This document shows, piece after piece, positions 39,159-48,129 of a stretch of 64,000 nucleotides of DNA. The translations under genes and the position numbers were made by a program. The stretch is from a virus: IMG/VR virus record IMGVR_UViG_3300013111_000325, positions 32,001 through 96,000 of that record. The stretch is one strand, 5' to 3'. The stretch's first letter is position 1. Each line of letters starts with the position of its first letter. Under the pieces are notes generated by a model that saw only the letters and a program-made list of their open reading frames with translations, had not been told where the DNA came from and did no database searches.

Positions 39159-40012
39159 ATTTGAAATTATCATTAGTTACTATTTTATTTTGTGGGTGGA
39201 TGCTTGGAGCACCACCTGCATTTTCTGCTGATTTTGTCACCAAGGGTGACATAAGAAAATCAAGTGTGAAGTCGTTTAAGTCGTTTTTCACGGAAGAAAA
39301 ATGCGATCAAATATTGATTGATACATTCACTATTTGTTATGATCATGAGAGAAAGTCACCAACTGCGGTTTATGTTGAGGTGACTGGACCTACTGTAATT
39401 GAGGACATAGACAAACGCCCTCCATTCTTTACAGATAAGCGTGTAAAGAAAAACTACAGAACAACATCAAAAGACTATACGAACACAGGTTATGATAGAG
39501 GTCATTTTGGTGCATCAGATGCTTCACACGATTGGAATAAGAAGCATCAGAAAGCAACATATTCAATGGCTAACATCGTACCACAGACACCATTTGCTAA
39601 TCGTTATAAGTTCATAGCATTAGAAAAGCATGAACGAGAGATGGCAGTCAAGTATGGTCGTTTAGAAAACGTCACAATTGCATTTTGGAACAACAGACCC
39701 AAGAGAATTGGTAAGTCACAGTTGCAGGTACCAAGTGCATTTGCTAAACTTTATACTGATGGTAAAGGGTATAAAGAATGCTTCTTTATTTGGAATAATG
39801 ACGTATATGATAAATCAGACGGTCAAGATCCAAACAAATATAAACAAAATTGTGATAAAGTAACTGCAATGTGGGGCACACAAGTAGGTGAAGCAGATAA
39901 GTGGTCACTGAAAGATAAAGATGCTCTCATTGATTTGCTTGACAAATATATAGAAAGTGAGAAAAATCAATCTAAAGTGGGTCTTGCAGAAGCACTCAAG
40001 AAAGCACTTTAG
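39155..40012 (+). CDS. Secreted DNA/RNA non-specific endonuclease
   Basis: Signal peptide; GYDRGH and MANIVPQ beta-beta-alpha-metal motifs. Confidence 0.88.
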   Translation: MNLKLSLVTILFCGWMLGAPPAFSADFVTKGDIRKSSVKSFKSFFTEEKCDQILIDTFTICYDHERKSPTAVYVEVTGPTVIEDIDKRPPFFTDKRVKKNYRTTSKDYTNTGYDRGHFGASDASHDWNKKHQKATYSMANIVPQTPFANRYKFIALEKHEREMAVKYGRLENVTIAFWNNRPKRIGKSQLQVPSAFAKLYTDGKGYKECFFIWNNDVYDKSDGQDPNKYKQNCDKVTAMWGTQVGEADKWSLKDKDALIDLLDKYIESEKNQSKVGLAEALKKAL

Positions 40013-40037
40013 GCTAACTTGACATTTTAAAAAAGTA

Positions 40038-40382
40038 GTGTATAATATAGATATATCACAAAAAGCAAGTGAAGCAGTAAATGATGCAATCCAAGAACAT
40101 GAGCATCTACGTTTGAGTGCAAGACCTGGTGGATGCTCAGGTTGGAAGTGGAATTTACAGACAGAAGATACACTTGCACGAAACTCATTGGACGAAGTTT
40201 TTAGTACGAATTATGGATTTGAGATAGTGGTATCAAAATACTATCTAAATAATATTATAGGCTCAGCAACCATAGATTTTCAAAATGATAATTTAGTTGA
40301 ACAAGGCTTTATAATCAAACGCAAATCAAGTCTTCATTCATGTGGTTGCGGAGAAAGTTTTACACCAATAAAAGATATGTAA
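40038..40382 (+). CDS. iscA: Fe-S cluster carrier, IscA/HesB family
   Basis: GGCSG and CGCGESF motifs. Confidence 0.88.
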   Translation: MYNIDISQKASEAVNDAIQEHEHLRLSARPGGCSGWKWNLQTEDTLARNSLDEVFSTNYGFEIVVSKYYLNNIIGSATIDFQNDNLVEQGFIIKRKSSLHSCGCGESFTPIKDM

Positions 40383-40792
40383 TGGCATATTCAGACAAAG
40401 TAGTAGATCACTATGAAAATCCCAGGAATGTGGGTTCTTTTAATCCCGCTAATAATAACGTTGGTACTGGTCTTGTTGGAGCGCCAGAATGTGGTGATGT
40501 GATGAAACTACAGATACAAGTAGAAAATAATAAAATAATTGATGCTAAATTTAAGACCTTTGGTTGCGGTTCTGCTATAGCCGCTTCATCACTCGCCACT
40601 GAGTGGGTCAAAAATAAACCAATTGACGAAGCAATGAAACTTAACAACGTAGAAATTGTTGATGAGTTATCCTTACCTCCTGTAAAGATACATTGTAGTG
40701 TATTGGCGGAAGATGCTATTAAAGCGGCCATAGCCGATTATAAAAGCAAAAATGATGGAGTAGAACATGGGGAAAGTAATGCAATCTATTGA
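40382..40792 (+). CDS. iscU: Fe-S cluster scaffold IscU
   Basis: MAYSDKVVDHYENPRNVG, APECGD, FGCGSA, LPPVKIHC; TAATG-coupled to iscA. Confidence 0.96.
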   Translation: MAYSDKVVDHYENPRNVGSFNPANNNVGTGLVGAPECGDVMKLQIQVENNKIIDAKFKTFGCGSAIAASSLATEWVKNKPIDEAMKLNNVEIVDELSLPPVKIHCSVLAEDAIKAAIADYKSKNDGVEHGESNAIY

Positions 40793-41057
40793 GGCTAGAA
40801 AGAAATTAAATTTTGGTGCGAGATTTGTTATCACTCTCATTATAGCACACACCTTTATTTTTCTTATTTGGCTTTTGTTTTATGTTGAATTGCCTCAAGC
40901 ATCTCGTGATCTTATTAATATTATGGTTGGTGCTTATGTAGCAGTATTGGCAAAGTCAACCGATTATTGGTTCAAGGAGAAAGATGATCCTGAACATAAA
41001 GAGACAGAGAAACATTTAGAAAGTGGTGTAGCCCAGGAGGAACAAAGTGGCTATTAG
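40767..41057 (+). CDS. 2-TM membrane protein
   Basis: Hydrophobic helices, DYWF motif. Confidence 0.6.
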   Translation: MGKVMQSIEARKKLNFGARFVITLIIAHTFIFLIWLLFYVELPQASRDLINIMVGAYVAVLAKSTDYWFKEKDDPEHKETEKHLESGVAQEEQSGY

Positions 41058-41376
41058 AAAGAACTATTTAAGTACATTTGGATGGGAAGTAAATGATGCT
41101 TATTATAAAGTCGATGACGATTATCATAAATTACCATTAGACCAGACACCGAAAGATAAAAAAGGGAAACATAAAAACTATTGGGTCTTTACAGTCAATG
41201 TGTTTAGAAATGAGGATGCAAGAACATTAGGAGCGGTTCCTTTAGCACAAAATGTGATGAAGGTTGAGGTGCCAAATGATGTTGCAACCGATGATGCAAA
41301 TGCCATGAAAACTGAATGTTATAACCAATTAAAAGTGCTAACAAATAGTTTTAAGAATGATGGTACTGATGTGTAA
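41047..41376 (+). CDS. Hypothetical protein
   Basis: GGAGG RBS with GTG start. Confidence 0.6.
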   Translation: MAIRKNYLSTFGWEVNDAYYKVDDDYHKLPLDQTPKDKKGKHKNYWVFTVNVFRNEDARTLGAVPLAQNVMKVEVPNDVATDDANAMKTECYNQLKVLTNSFKNDGTDV

Positions 41377-41377
41377 C

Positions 41378-41406
41378 TTGACAAACTAATTAGAGTTTGT
41401 TATATT
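41378..41406 (+). promoter_or_regulatory. Sigma70-like promoter upstream of bS21
   Basis: TTGACA-17-TATATT; acaaact/agtttgt inverted repeat overlaps the spacer. Confidence 0.6.
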
Positions 41407-41435
41407 ATATTTTTTTAACTTAAACGTGAATTATT

Positions 41436-41660
41436 ATGATTAGTGTAAAAAGTAAAGGTAGAAATAATCTAAAACTCCTCTCTCAATTCAAATCTTTAGT
41501 TAATGCAGAAGGTACTCTTGAGACATATAAATCAAAAAGATATTATGTGAAACCCTCTCTCAAAAAGAAATTGAAGAGAGAAGCGGCAGAGAGACAACGA
41601 GCAAAAGATCTCATTAATGAAATCAAAGAAATAAGAAAACATTGGGATGATATATTTTAA
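41436..41660 (+). CDS. rpsU: Ribosomal protein bS21 homolog
   Basis: V.V....L..FK..V..EG.L..YK.KRYYVKPS.KKK.KREAA signature. Confidence 0.85.
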   Translation: MISVKSKGRNNLKLLSQFKSLVNAEGTLETYKSKRYYVKPSLKKKLKREAAERQRAKDLINEIKEIRKHWDDIF

Positions 41661-41672
41661 CGAAAGGATATT

Positions 41673-41852
41673 ATGTCAGAATTTCATACTCAAATTGTTG
41701 AGCAATACGAAACCTATCTTGCAGAGCATCAAAATTTTGAAGAGAAAGGTGTAAAAGCATCTGCCGCCAGAGCAAGAAAAGCACTTGGTGAAATCGGTAA
41801 ACTTGCTAAATCTCGTAGAGCAGAAATTCAAGAGAAGAAAAACAATATGTAA
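41673..41852 (+). CDS. Histone H1-like (Hc1-family) small basic protein, 59 aa
   Basis: Read by hand: ...FEEKGVKASAARARKALGEIGKLAKSRRAEIQE...; AAGGA RBS. Confidence 0.75.
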   Translation: MSEFHTQIVEQYETYLAEHQNFEEKGVKASAARARKALGEIGKLAKSRRAEIQEKKNNM

Positions 41853-41856
41853 CATT

Positions 41857-41864
41857 TATAAATA
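41857..41864 (+). promoter_or_regulatory. T4-type late promoter
   Basis: Perfect TATAAATA 5 nt before the ATG at 41870. Confidence 0.7.
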
Positions 41865-41869
41865 TAGTC

Positions 41870-42280
41870 ATGAAGACATTCAAGAGATTTTGCCGCCATG
41901 ACGTATTGTATATAAATGAAGACATAACAAAATCACAATTAGATCAAATAGAAGCCTATGCTGACCGTCTATTCAAGGCGGTCAACATAGATATAAACTT
42001 CACTCGCCATTTTCTTGATAGGGTCAACGATGAACGTAACAAGAAACCTATCAACACCGCAGAATTAACCAGACTTTTCAAGCAAACATACAAGAAACAC
42101 GGTAAAAAGATTCCCAAGATGGGTGATGATGCTCAAGCAGTTATTCATGACATGCAGACAGACATCAATATGCCATTTGTTTTAGCGTATGATAATAGGA
42201 GACAAGAGATAGATTTGGTCGCTAAAACAATTATGCGTAAGAAAGACTTTAAGACATCAAATCAGAAGTTGACTGTATGA
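41870..42280 (+). CDS. Hypothetical protein, putative internal virion protein
   Basis: MKTFKRF N-terminus; FTRHFLDRVNDERN and KTIMRK motifs. Confidence 0.7.
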   Translation: MKTFKRFCRHDVLYINEDITKSQLDQIEAYADRLFKAVNIDINFTRHFLDRVNDERNKKPINTAELTRLFKQTYKKHGKKIPKMGDDAQAVIHDMQTDINMPFVLAYDNRRQEIDLVAKTIMRKKDFKTSNQKLTV

Positions 42281-42630
42281 AATCATTTAAAGTATTAAAA
42301 CAGAACATAACTGAAGCCAGACAACGAATAGTTTATACGAGAGGAGAAACTCCCCAAGATGCTAAGAAAAAAGATAAAAGCCCTTATTATACTAAAACAG
42401 TTAAAAATACAACAATAAGAGATTCCTGTCCAAAATGTGGAGGTTCAGGAGACCTTTTGCATTATCGGCATTATAAATCTGGTGAATGTTTTAAATGTAA
42501 AGGAAAAGGAACAGTTATAGTAAAAGCAAAGGAAATTGATTATAAATTTGATGAAAAGAAATGGAAAAAAGACAATCCAGATTATGATGAAAAAGGACCT
42601 GATTGGTGGAAACAATTACTTATACATTAA
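42277..42630 (+). CDS. Protein with a DnaJ-type CxxCxGxG zinc finger
   Basis: CPKCGGSG...CFKCKGKG; MKSFK N-terminus. Confidence 0.7.
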   Translation: MKSFKVLKQNITEARQRIVYTRGETPQDAKKKDKSPYYTKTVKNTTIRDSCPKCGGSGDLLHYRHYKSGECFKCKGKGTVIVKAKEIDYKFDEKKWKKDNPDYDEKGPDWWKQLLIH

Positions 42631-42639
42631 GAGCATAAA

Positions 42640-42906
42640 ATGAAATCATTTAATAGAATAAAAACTTACAAAGATTTTCTTAAAGAATATGATGACAGGA
42701 CTGATCGGTATGTGGCTGATGAAATCAAACGAAGGAAACTTGCAAGAATTACTGTCAATGCAACTGACGATAGAAAGATGATAAAAGGTAAGGCCGACTT
42801 TACTATGGATCATCATACTGGAAGTTCAACTATTCACGTATATTTGAGAAAGATACCAGGGTCTACAAAAGGTGTGGTTGCTTACAATTACGAACTAAAA
42901 TTGTGA
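42640..42906 (+). CDS. Hypothetical protein, putative internal virion protein
   Basis: MKSFNRIKTYKDFLKE N-terminus. Confidence 0.65.
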   Translation: MKSFNRIKTYKDFLKEYDDRTDRYVADEIKRRKLARITVNATDDRKMIKGKADFTMDHHTGSSTIHVYLRKIPGSTKGVVAYNYELKL

Positions 42907-42925
42907 TTAATGGTAAGAGATCAAA

Positions 42926-44389
42926 ATGAAATCATTTAAGTCTTATTTAGCAGAACGCAGAAGAGGTGGAGAAGAGAAGAATCCAAGGGTTTCTGCTATT
43001 AAGGCACTAGAACCTTATAAGAATGATAAAGATGTTTTCATTACCTATACACAAATTGAAAAGGTAGGTGTCAATCCAGGATCCAGTTATAATACTCCAA
43101 ACGGTATCTATACATATCCTCTCAAAGAAGCATGGGAAAAATATTATGTCCCAGGAAAAGGAACTCTTAATGTACCCTTTGCTGGTGATTCCAGTTGGGT
43201 AAATGCAATCAAGATAAAATCAGATGCAAAAGTTATTAGAGATATTGGAGTTTCTTATAGTTCAAAGGAATGGGATGAAGATGTTTTAAAACTAGCCAAG
43301 ATTTTTATAGATCATCCTTTTTCCAAGAAAAATTGGGTCCCAATACTAACCATGTTGCAGGGTGTCAATCTGTATGACAAGGTAGAAAAAGATTTTGTCG
43401 GAGTGCGTAAAGATTGGTATTTTGAAAATAGAGAAAATGTAATTTGGAATCTATTTAAGGCTATTAAACAACATGCTATGTATTCCGCATATAGTCAGAC
43501 AATCGGTGGACAGATGTGGAATTTGACAAGAGAACTTGCGACCATTATCAAATATACAGAAATGATTGAAATGGATGCTATTGATGGAAATTCAGGAATG
43601 GACGAATTTGAAATTTCTATTCAAAGATTGGAAAAACCTTTAGATTTATCCGATCAAACAAGAATGTTTTGGTTTAGATTCCATTCTGGATTTAGAAAAA
43701 CGGCACCAAATGTCTGGACAGATTTGTGGTTGAAGATGGGATATGGTGGAGTGATTGACCGTTCAGAGAATGGAATAATACACGAAGCAGAACCAATACA
43801 AGGTGTGTTCTTTACAACCAAGGCTTTTGATGTTTTGGGCAGGTTCATGAATAAAGGTTACGAGAGAGTGAATATGAAAGGTCTTTATATTTTGAGTGGT
43901 CTTCGTGTGGGTAAGGATGAACTTGTACACAAATTGAAGAATTTTTTACACAAAGATCAATACAAGTCCCTTTGTGCTATTATTATATTTCACAAAATAA
44001 ATCAAATATTGGCAAAGTTTTTAACAAGTATGGGTTCTTCAGGTGATGCTGATCAGATTAGTGCCCAGGCACCAAAATATGTTATTAAAAGGGCTAATGA
44101 TAAAAAGACATGGTTGAAAGTAGACCAATTTGATCCTTTTGTTCCAAATAGTACACGAACAGTAGTTGAATTTTTAGAAAACGAAATAAAAATCTATCCT
44201 GATAATCATACTCCTTCAAATTCAGTAATGTTTAAATACGATAAAATAATTCCTCCTTTTGCACTAGAAAAAGATTTATCTTCAACTTTAAATAAACAGT
44301 CTTATATAAAAATGGGAATGATGTTAGATAAATCGGTAACTACCTTATTGAGCAACATGATAGAAGATGTTTTAGGTATAAAAATATGA
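42926..44389 (+). CDS. Hypothetical protein, putative internal virion protein
   Basis: MKSFKSYLAE N-terminus; KVGVNP.S.YNTP.GIY.YP and GY.G..D....IIH..EP.Q motifs. Confidence 0.7.
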   Translation: MKSFKSYLAERRRGGEEKNPRVSAIKALEPYKNDKDVFITYTQIEKVGVNPGSSYNTPNGIYTYPLKEAWEKYYVPGKGTLNVPFAGDSSWVNAIKIKSDAKVIRDIGVSYSSKEWDEDVLKLAKIFIDHPFSKKNWVPILTMLQGVNLYDKVEKDFVGVRKDWYFENRENVIWNLFKAIKQHAMYSAYSQTIGGQMWNLTRELATIIKYTEMIEMDAIDGNSGMDEFEISIQRLEKPLDLSDQTRMFWFRFHSGFRKTAPNVWTDLWLKMGYGGVIDRSENGIIHEAEPIQGVFFTTKAFDVLGRFMNKGYERVNMKGLYILSGLRVGKDELVHKLKNFLHKDQYKSLCAIIIFHKINQILAKFLTSMGSSGDADQISAQAPKYVIKRANDKKTWLKVDQFDPFVPNSTRTVVEFLENEIKIYPDNHTPSNSVMFKYDKIIPPFALEKDLSSTLNKQSYIKMGMMLDKSVTTLLSNMIEDVLGIKI

Positions 44390-46023
44390 TCAAATTTTCA
44401 TCTTTTCTAACAGAGACCGCACAAAAAATTAACACAGTTCTATCTCCTGCATTAAGATCCGAAATAAAACAGAGAAATGGTAAAGTATATCAGATTGGTG
44501 GTGCAGTTCGTGATGAACTAATCGGTAAAATATCCAAAGATTTAGATTTACTTGTAACAGGCATAGAAACAGATGAATTGCAGGATATATTAAGCAATCA
44601 TGGCAAAGTGGATGCGGTTGGTAAATCATTCGGTATTCTAAAATTTCAACCAAAAGGGCAGACAGGCGAACCTCTTGATATATCAGTTCCCAGAGTTGAT
44701 GTTCAAAGTACAGGAGGCGGCCATAAAGATTTTGAAGTAAAACTTGGTAAAGATATTTCTCTTGAACAAGATCAGTTACGCAGAGACTTCTGGATGAATG
44801 CTATCGCCAAAGATATTGAAACTGGTGAGATGCATGATATTGAAGGTAAAGGGCAGTTTGATATAGAAAATAAGCAGATTAGCGTGATTAATCCTCAAGC
44901 ATTTGATGATGATCCTTTGAGAATGTTGAGAGCAATTCAATTTGCTTCTCGTTTTGGTTTCAGCATAGAACCTGAAACTATGAAAGAGATCAAAAAGAAT
45001 GCTGACAAAATTTCAACGATATCAGCAGAGAGATTTCAAGAAGAATTTCGTAAAATGTTTGAAAAATCTGATAATCCGAGTGTTGGTGTTCAATTGCTAT
45101 TTGACACAGGTATTGCAAAACTTGTTATACCAAAACTCAAAGAAGTTGATAATTCTGTTGATAAGTTAGATAAAAAAGCATTCCCAGCGTTTCTTGCAAT
45201 ACTATTTAAAAATTATATGCATAATGCAGGTGAAATGGCCCAGAAAATATTTAAATTGTCTAATGCTGACAGAGTATCAGTTCAGTCTGTTATTGATATG
45301 GATAAAAATCTGAAAAATTTAAAAGATCCGATATTTATCGTTAGATTTATGCGAAATAAATCGGAGCAAGAAATAATGAATGTTGATGAATATCTGAAAA
45401 CAAAAGGTACAAGAACTATATCAGATTTTGTTAATGAGATGAGAAGACGAAGAATACCCACAAATCTTAAAGAATTAGGTGTAAATGGTCGTGATATGAT
45501 GCGAGAAGGATTTAAAGGTGTTATGATCGGTGATGCTCTACAATGGATGCTTGAATTTGCAGTAAGAACAGGTAAGGCTGAAAAAGGTCTTTTAGTTCGT
45601 AAAGCAAAAGAACATTTTGGTATTAAAGAAACATTCTTTTATGAAGATGTGCAGGGATTTTATGCTTTGACCATAGATCCTAGATCAAAACTGGATATTC
45701 AACAATATGCAAGTCATGAAATTGTTGTATCGGATCATGTTACTGTTGCATATAAACCAAGCGATCAAGTAGGTGAAATATTGAATTCTATGTTGGGCAG
45801 AACTTATAACATACAAGCACATACCTATATAAGTAATGATAGAATAGATGCGGCAATCGTAGATATACAGGGATTAAAAAGTGATAGAATTGCACATATT
45901 ACAATATCTCACATAAAAGGCGCAATTCCTGCCGAATCTAATGATTTGATACAAAATTCGCAACATAAAGAAAAAATGAATATGAAATTAAGAGGAGTGC
46001 TAAATTTTTATGCACACACCTAA
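44386..46023 (+). CDS. cca: tRNA nucleotidyltransferase (CCA-adding, class II) fused to a C-terminal 2H-phosphoesterase-like domain
   Basis: GGAVRD, DLD, RRDF, DDPLRMLR, ISAER; C-terminal HVT and HIT motifs. Confidence 0.88.
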   Translation: MIKFSSFLTETAQKINTVLSPALRSEIKQRNGKVYQIGGAVRDELIGKISKDLDLLVTGIETDELQDILSNHGKVDAVGKSFGILKFQPKGQTGEPLDISVPRVDVQSTGGGHKDFEVKLGKDISLEQDQLRRDFWMNAIAKDIETGEMHDIEGKGQFDIENKQISVINPQAFDDDPLRMLRAIQFASRFGFSIEPETMKEIKKNADKISTISAERFQEEFRKMFEKSDNPSVGVQLLFDTGIAKLVIPKLKEVDNSVDKLDKKAFPAFLAILFKNYMHNAGEMAQKIFKLSNADRVSVQSVIDMDKNLKNLKDPIFIVRFMRNKSEQEIMNVDEYLKTKGTRTISDFVNEMRRRRIPTNLKELGVNGRDMMREGFKGVMIGDALQWMLEFAVRTGKAEKGLLVRKAKEHFGIKETFFYEDVQGFYALTIDPRSKLDIQQYASHEIVVSDHVTVAYKPSDQVGEILNSMLGRTYNIQAHTYISNDRIDAAIVDIQGLKSDRIAHITISHIKGAIPAESNDLIQNSQHKEKMNMKLRGVLNFYAHT

Positions 46024-46313
46024 TGGAAACGTATTACGAGAAGTACAAGCCTGCTTCCGAATACTTGATAGAATATTATACTTGGGTTGATATACTAGGA
46101 ATTGAGAGAAGAGAATTTGATGAACATGCAGAATCAATAGAGAAACATTGTAAAAAATTATATGAGAATTTTGAAAAAGCGGCCAAACGAGAAAAACAAA
46201 GAGAAGAGAATTCTAAGTCAGCGAGAGTTGCTAAAAAACTTGAGGAATTGAAAATGACAAATGAATTAGTTGAAAAAATCAAATTAAGACAAGAATTGAA
46301 AAGCAATGGATGA
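46023..46313 (+). CDS. Hypothetical protein
   Basis: TAATG-coupled. Confidence 0.6.
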   Translation: METYYEKYKPASEYLIEYYTWVDILGIERREFDEHAESIEKHCKKLYENFEKAAKREKQREENSKSARVAKKLEELKMTNELVEKIKLRQELKSNG

Positions 46314-46713
46314 TAAAGAAAGAAAAGAATTGCAACATACAATGGAAACACAGTTTCGTCATAGTCTGTATTGCGATATTAAGTTTCCCTATTTACAAAG
46401 TCTTGGAATACAAGACATTATTCAAGCATTTGGTAATAAAGAAATTGGTTTTATTGGGGTATTGCATTTAAGATGGGTAAATGAGGATAATAATATCGTA
46501 TATGATAAACCAAAAGAATGGCCAGTGAAAGTAAAAGGTGTATGGAAATCTACATGGTACAATACACCTGAGATGGGGCATAAAATAGCAAAAGAAATAG
46601 AAAGTAAAAAAATTATAGATACTGAGAAAGTGATGATCATGATTCATGAGAAATTTATGAAATATGAAAATATGAAAATGAAATTGGTTGAAAAACAACC
46701 GCTACTTAATTAG
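46306..46713 (+). CDS. Hypothetical protein
   Basis: Overlapping ORF in the operon. Confidence 0.6.
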   Translation: MDDKERKELQHTMETQFRHSLYCDIKFPYLQSLGIQDIIQAFGNKEIGFIGVLHLRWVNEDNNIVYDKPKEWPVKVKGVWKSTWYNTPEMGHKIAKEIESKKIIDTEKVMIMIHEKFMKYENMKMKLVEKQPLLN

Positions 46714-46721
46714 GAGAGATT

Positions 46722-47024
46722 ATGTTACCAATGCTACTGTTCAACGTAGTGTCTGGGTTAGTCATGGACAAGGCCCAAAATCTAGCAAAAGAACATGTCG
46801 GTAAAATGATAGATGACATTCTACCAGACGATGCAAAAGAAGAACTCAATACGATGATTAAAGAAGATCCTGATCATCAGTTTGAGAGTATAGAAGATGC
46901 ATTACATGGTGCAACTGAAGGTAAATTACCTATCAAGAAAGTGACAGGAGAACTCATGCCGATTGAGATGACAGTCACAGTCCGTTTTGATCCCAATACA
47001 AAACAATTAGAAATAGTACAGTGA
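46722..47024 (+). CDS. Hypothetical protein
   Basis: GGAG RBS. Confidence 0.6.
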   Translation: MLPMLLFNVVSGLVMDKAQNLAKEHVGKMIDDILPDDAKEELNTMIKEDPDHQFESIEDALHGATEGKLPIKKVTGELMPIEMTVTVRFDPNTKQLEIVQ

Positions 47025-47030
47025 GATAAC

Positions 47031-47498
47031 ATGCAATCGTTATTGAAATGGTGGCTCTTTGTATGTATCACCTTAATAGGTGCTTTTATGGCATTTTATT
47101 TTGATATACACAAGCACTTATATACTTCTGACCAAACAAAAATTAGTTTGTTAATATTGTTTATATTTGTATGTTCAAGCATATGGATAGGCAATAAAAC
47201 ATATTCAGTAGCAATTAAACAAGAATCTACATCAAGTGAAGTTGGTTGGTTTATAGCAGAAACTTGCCTTGCATTAGGTATGGTTGGTACAATAATAGGA
47301 TTTTTATTGTTGTTAGGTACAACATTTAGCAATATAAATGTGTCAGATGTTACAACATTACAACGTGCTTTGTCGGATATGGCATTGGGTATGAGTACGG
47401 CTTTGTACACCACTTTGATAGGATTAATTTGTTCTATCCTTATCAAGGTGCAATTGGTGAACTTAGAAGTTGTAATAGATGAGAACCGAAACTCGTGA
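47031..47498 (+). CDS. MotA/TolQ/ExbB proton-channel family protein
   Basis: LGMVGTIIG and GMSTALYTTLIGL motifs; four TMs. Confidence 0.85.
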   Translation: MQSLLKWWLFVCITLIGAFMAFYFDIHKHLYTSDQTKISLLILFIFVCSSIWIGNKTYSVAIKQESTSSEVGWFIAETCLALGMVGTIIGFLLLLGTTFSNINVSDVTTLQRALSDMALGMSTALYTTLIGLICSILIKVQLVNLEVVIDENRNS

Positions 47499-48129
47499 TA
47501 AATTTAAATCTACAATAGGATTTATTGATATATTATTTAATATATTGATAGGATTTGCTTTTCTATTCATTATAGCATTTATTCTTATCAAGCCTAAAGC
47601 GAAAAAAGAGGACTTTGAACGTAAAGCAGAATTTATCGTAGTTATGGAATGGGACGGCAATGCACCAGATGATTTTGATTTGTATGTTCAAGATCCTACA
47701 GGACAAGTTGTACATTTTAGAACTCCTCGTGTAAATTATATGCATCTAGACAAAGATGATTTAGGAAAACGTAATGATACGGTATATAATGCTGATGGCA
47801 CGGTTTCAACTGTAAAGATAAACCGAGAAGTAGTAACTATACGAGGAATTATTCCTGGTGAATATATTGTGAATGGGCACTACTATTCTGATTATGACTT
47901 ATTACCTAAAAATGGTTCTATCATAGCAAAGGTTGAAATACATAAAGTAAATCCTTATAAAATTATTTGGGTAGGTGAACATGAATATAATAAAAGAGGA
48001 ATGGAACAAACATTTGTTAGATTTAGACTTGATAAGAAAGGAATAGTAGATCGTAATTTCTCATATTTAAAAAAGAGACATGTAACTCCTAATTATAATT
48101 ATAGTTCACCTGAACAGACAGGGCAATAA
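47479..48129 (+). CDS. MotB/ExbD/TolR-like single-pass partner protein
   Basis: N-terminal TM with conserved-type Asp (FIDILFN); soluble D.DLYV.DP domain. Confidence 0.6.
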   Translation: MRTETRDKFKSTIGFIDILFNILIGFAFLFIIAFILIKPKAKKEDFERKAEFIVVMEWDGNAPDDFDLYVQDPTGQVVHFRTPRVNYMHLDKDDLGKRNDTVYNADGTVSTVKINREVVTIRGIIPGEYIVNGHYYSDYDLLPKNGSIIAKVEIHKVNPYKIIWVGEHEYNKRGMEQTFVRFRLDKKGIVDRNFSYLKKRHVTPNYNYSSPEQTGQ

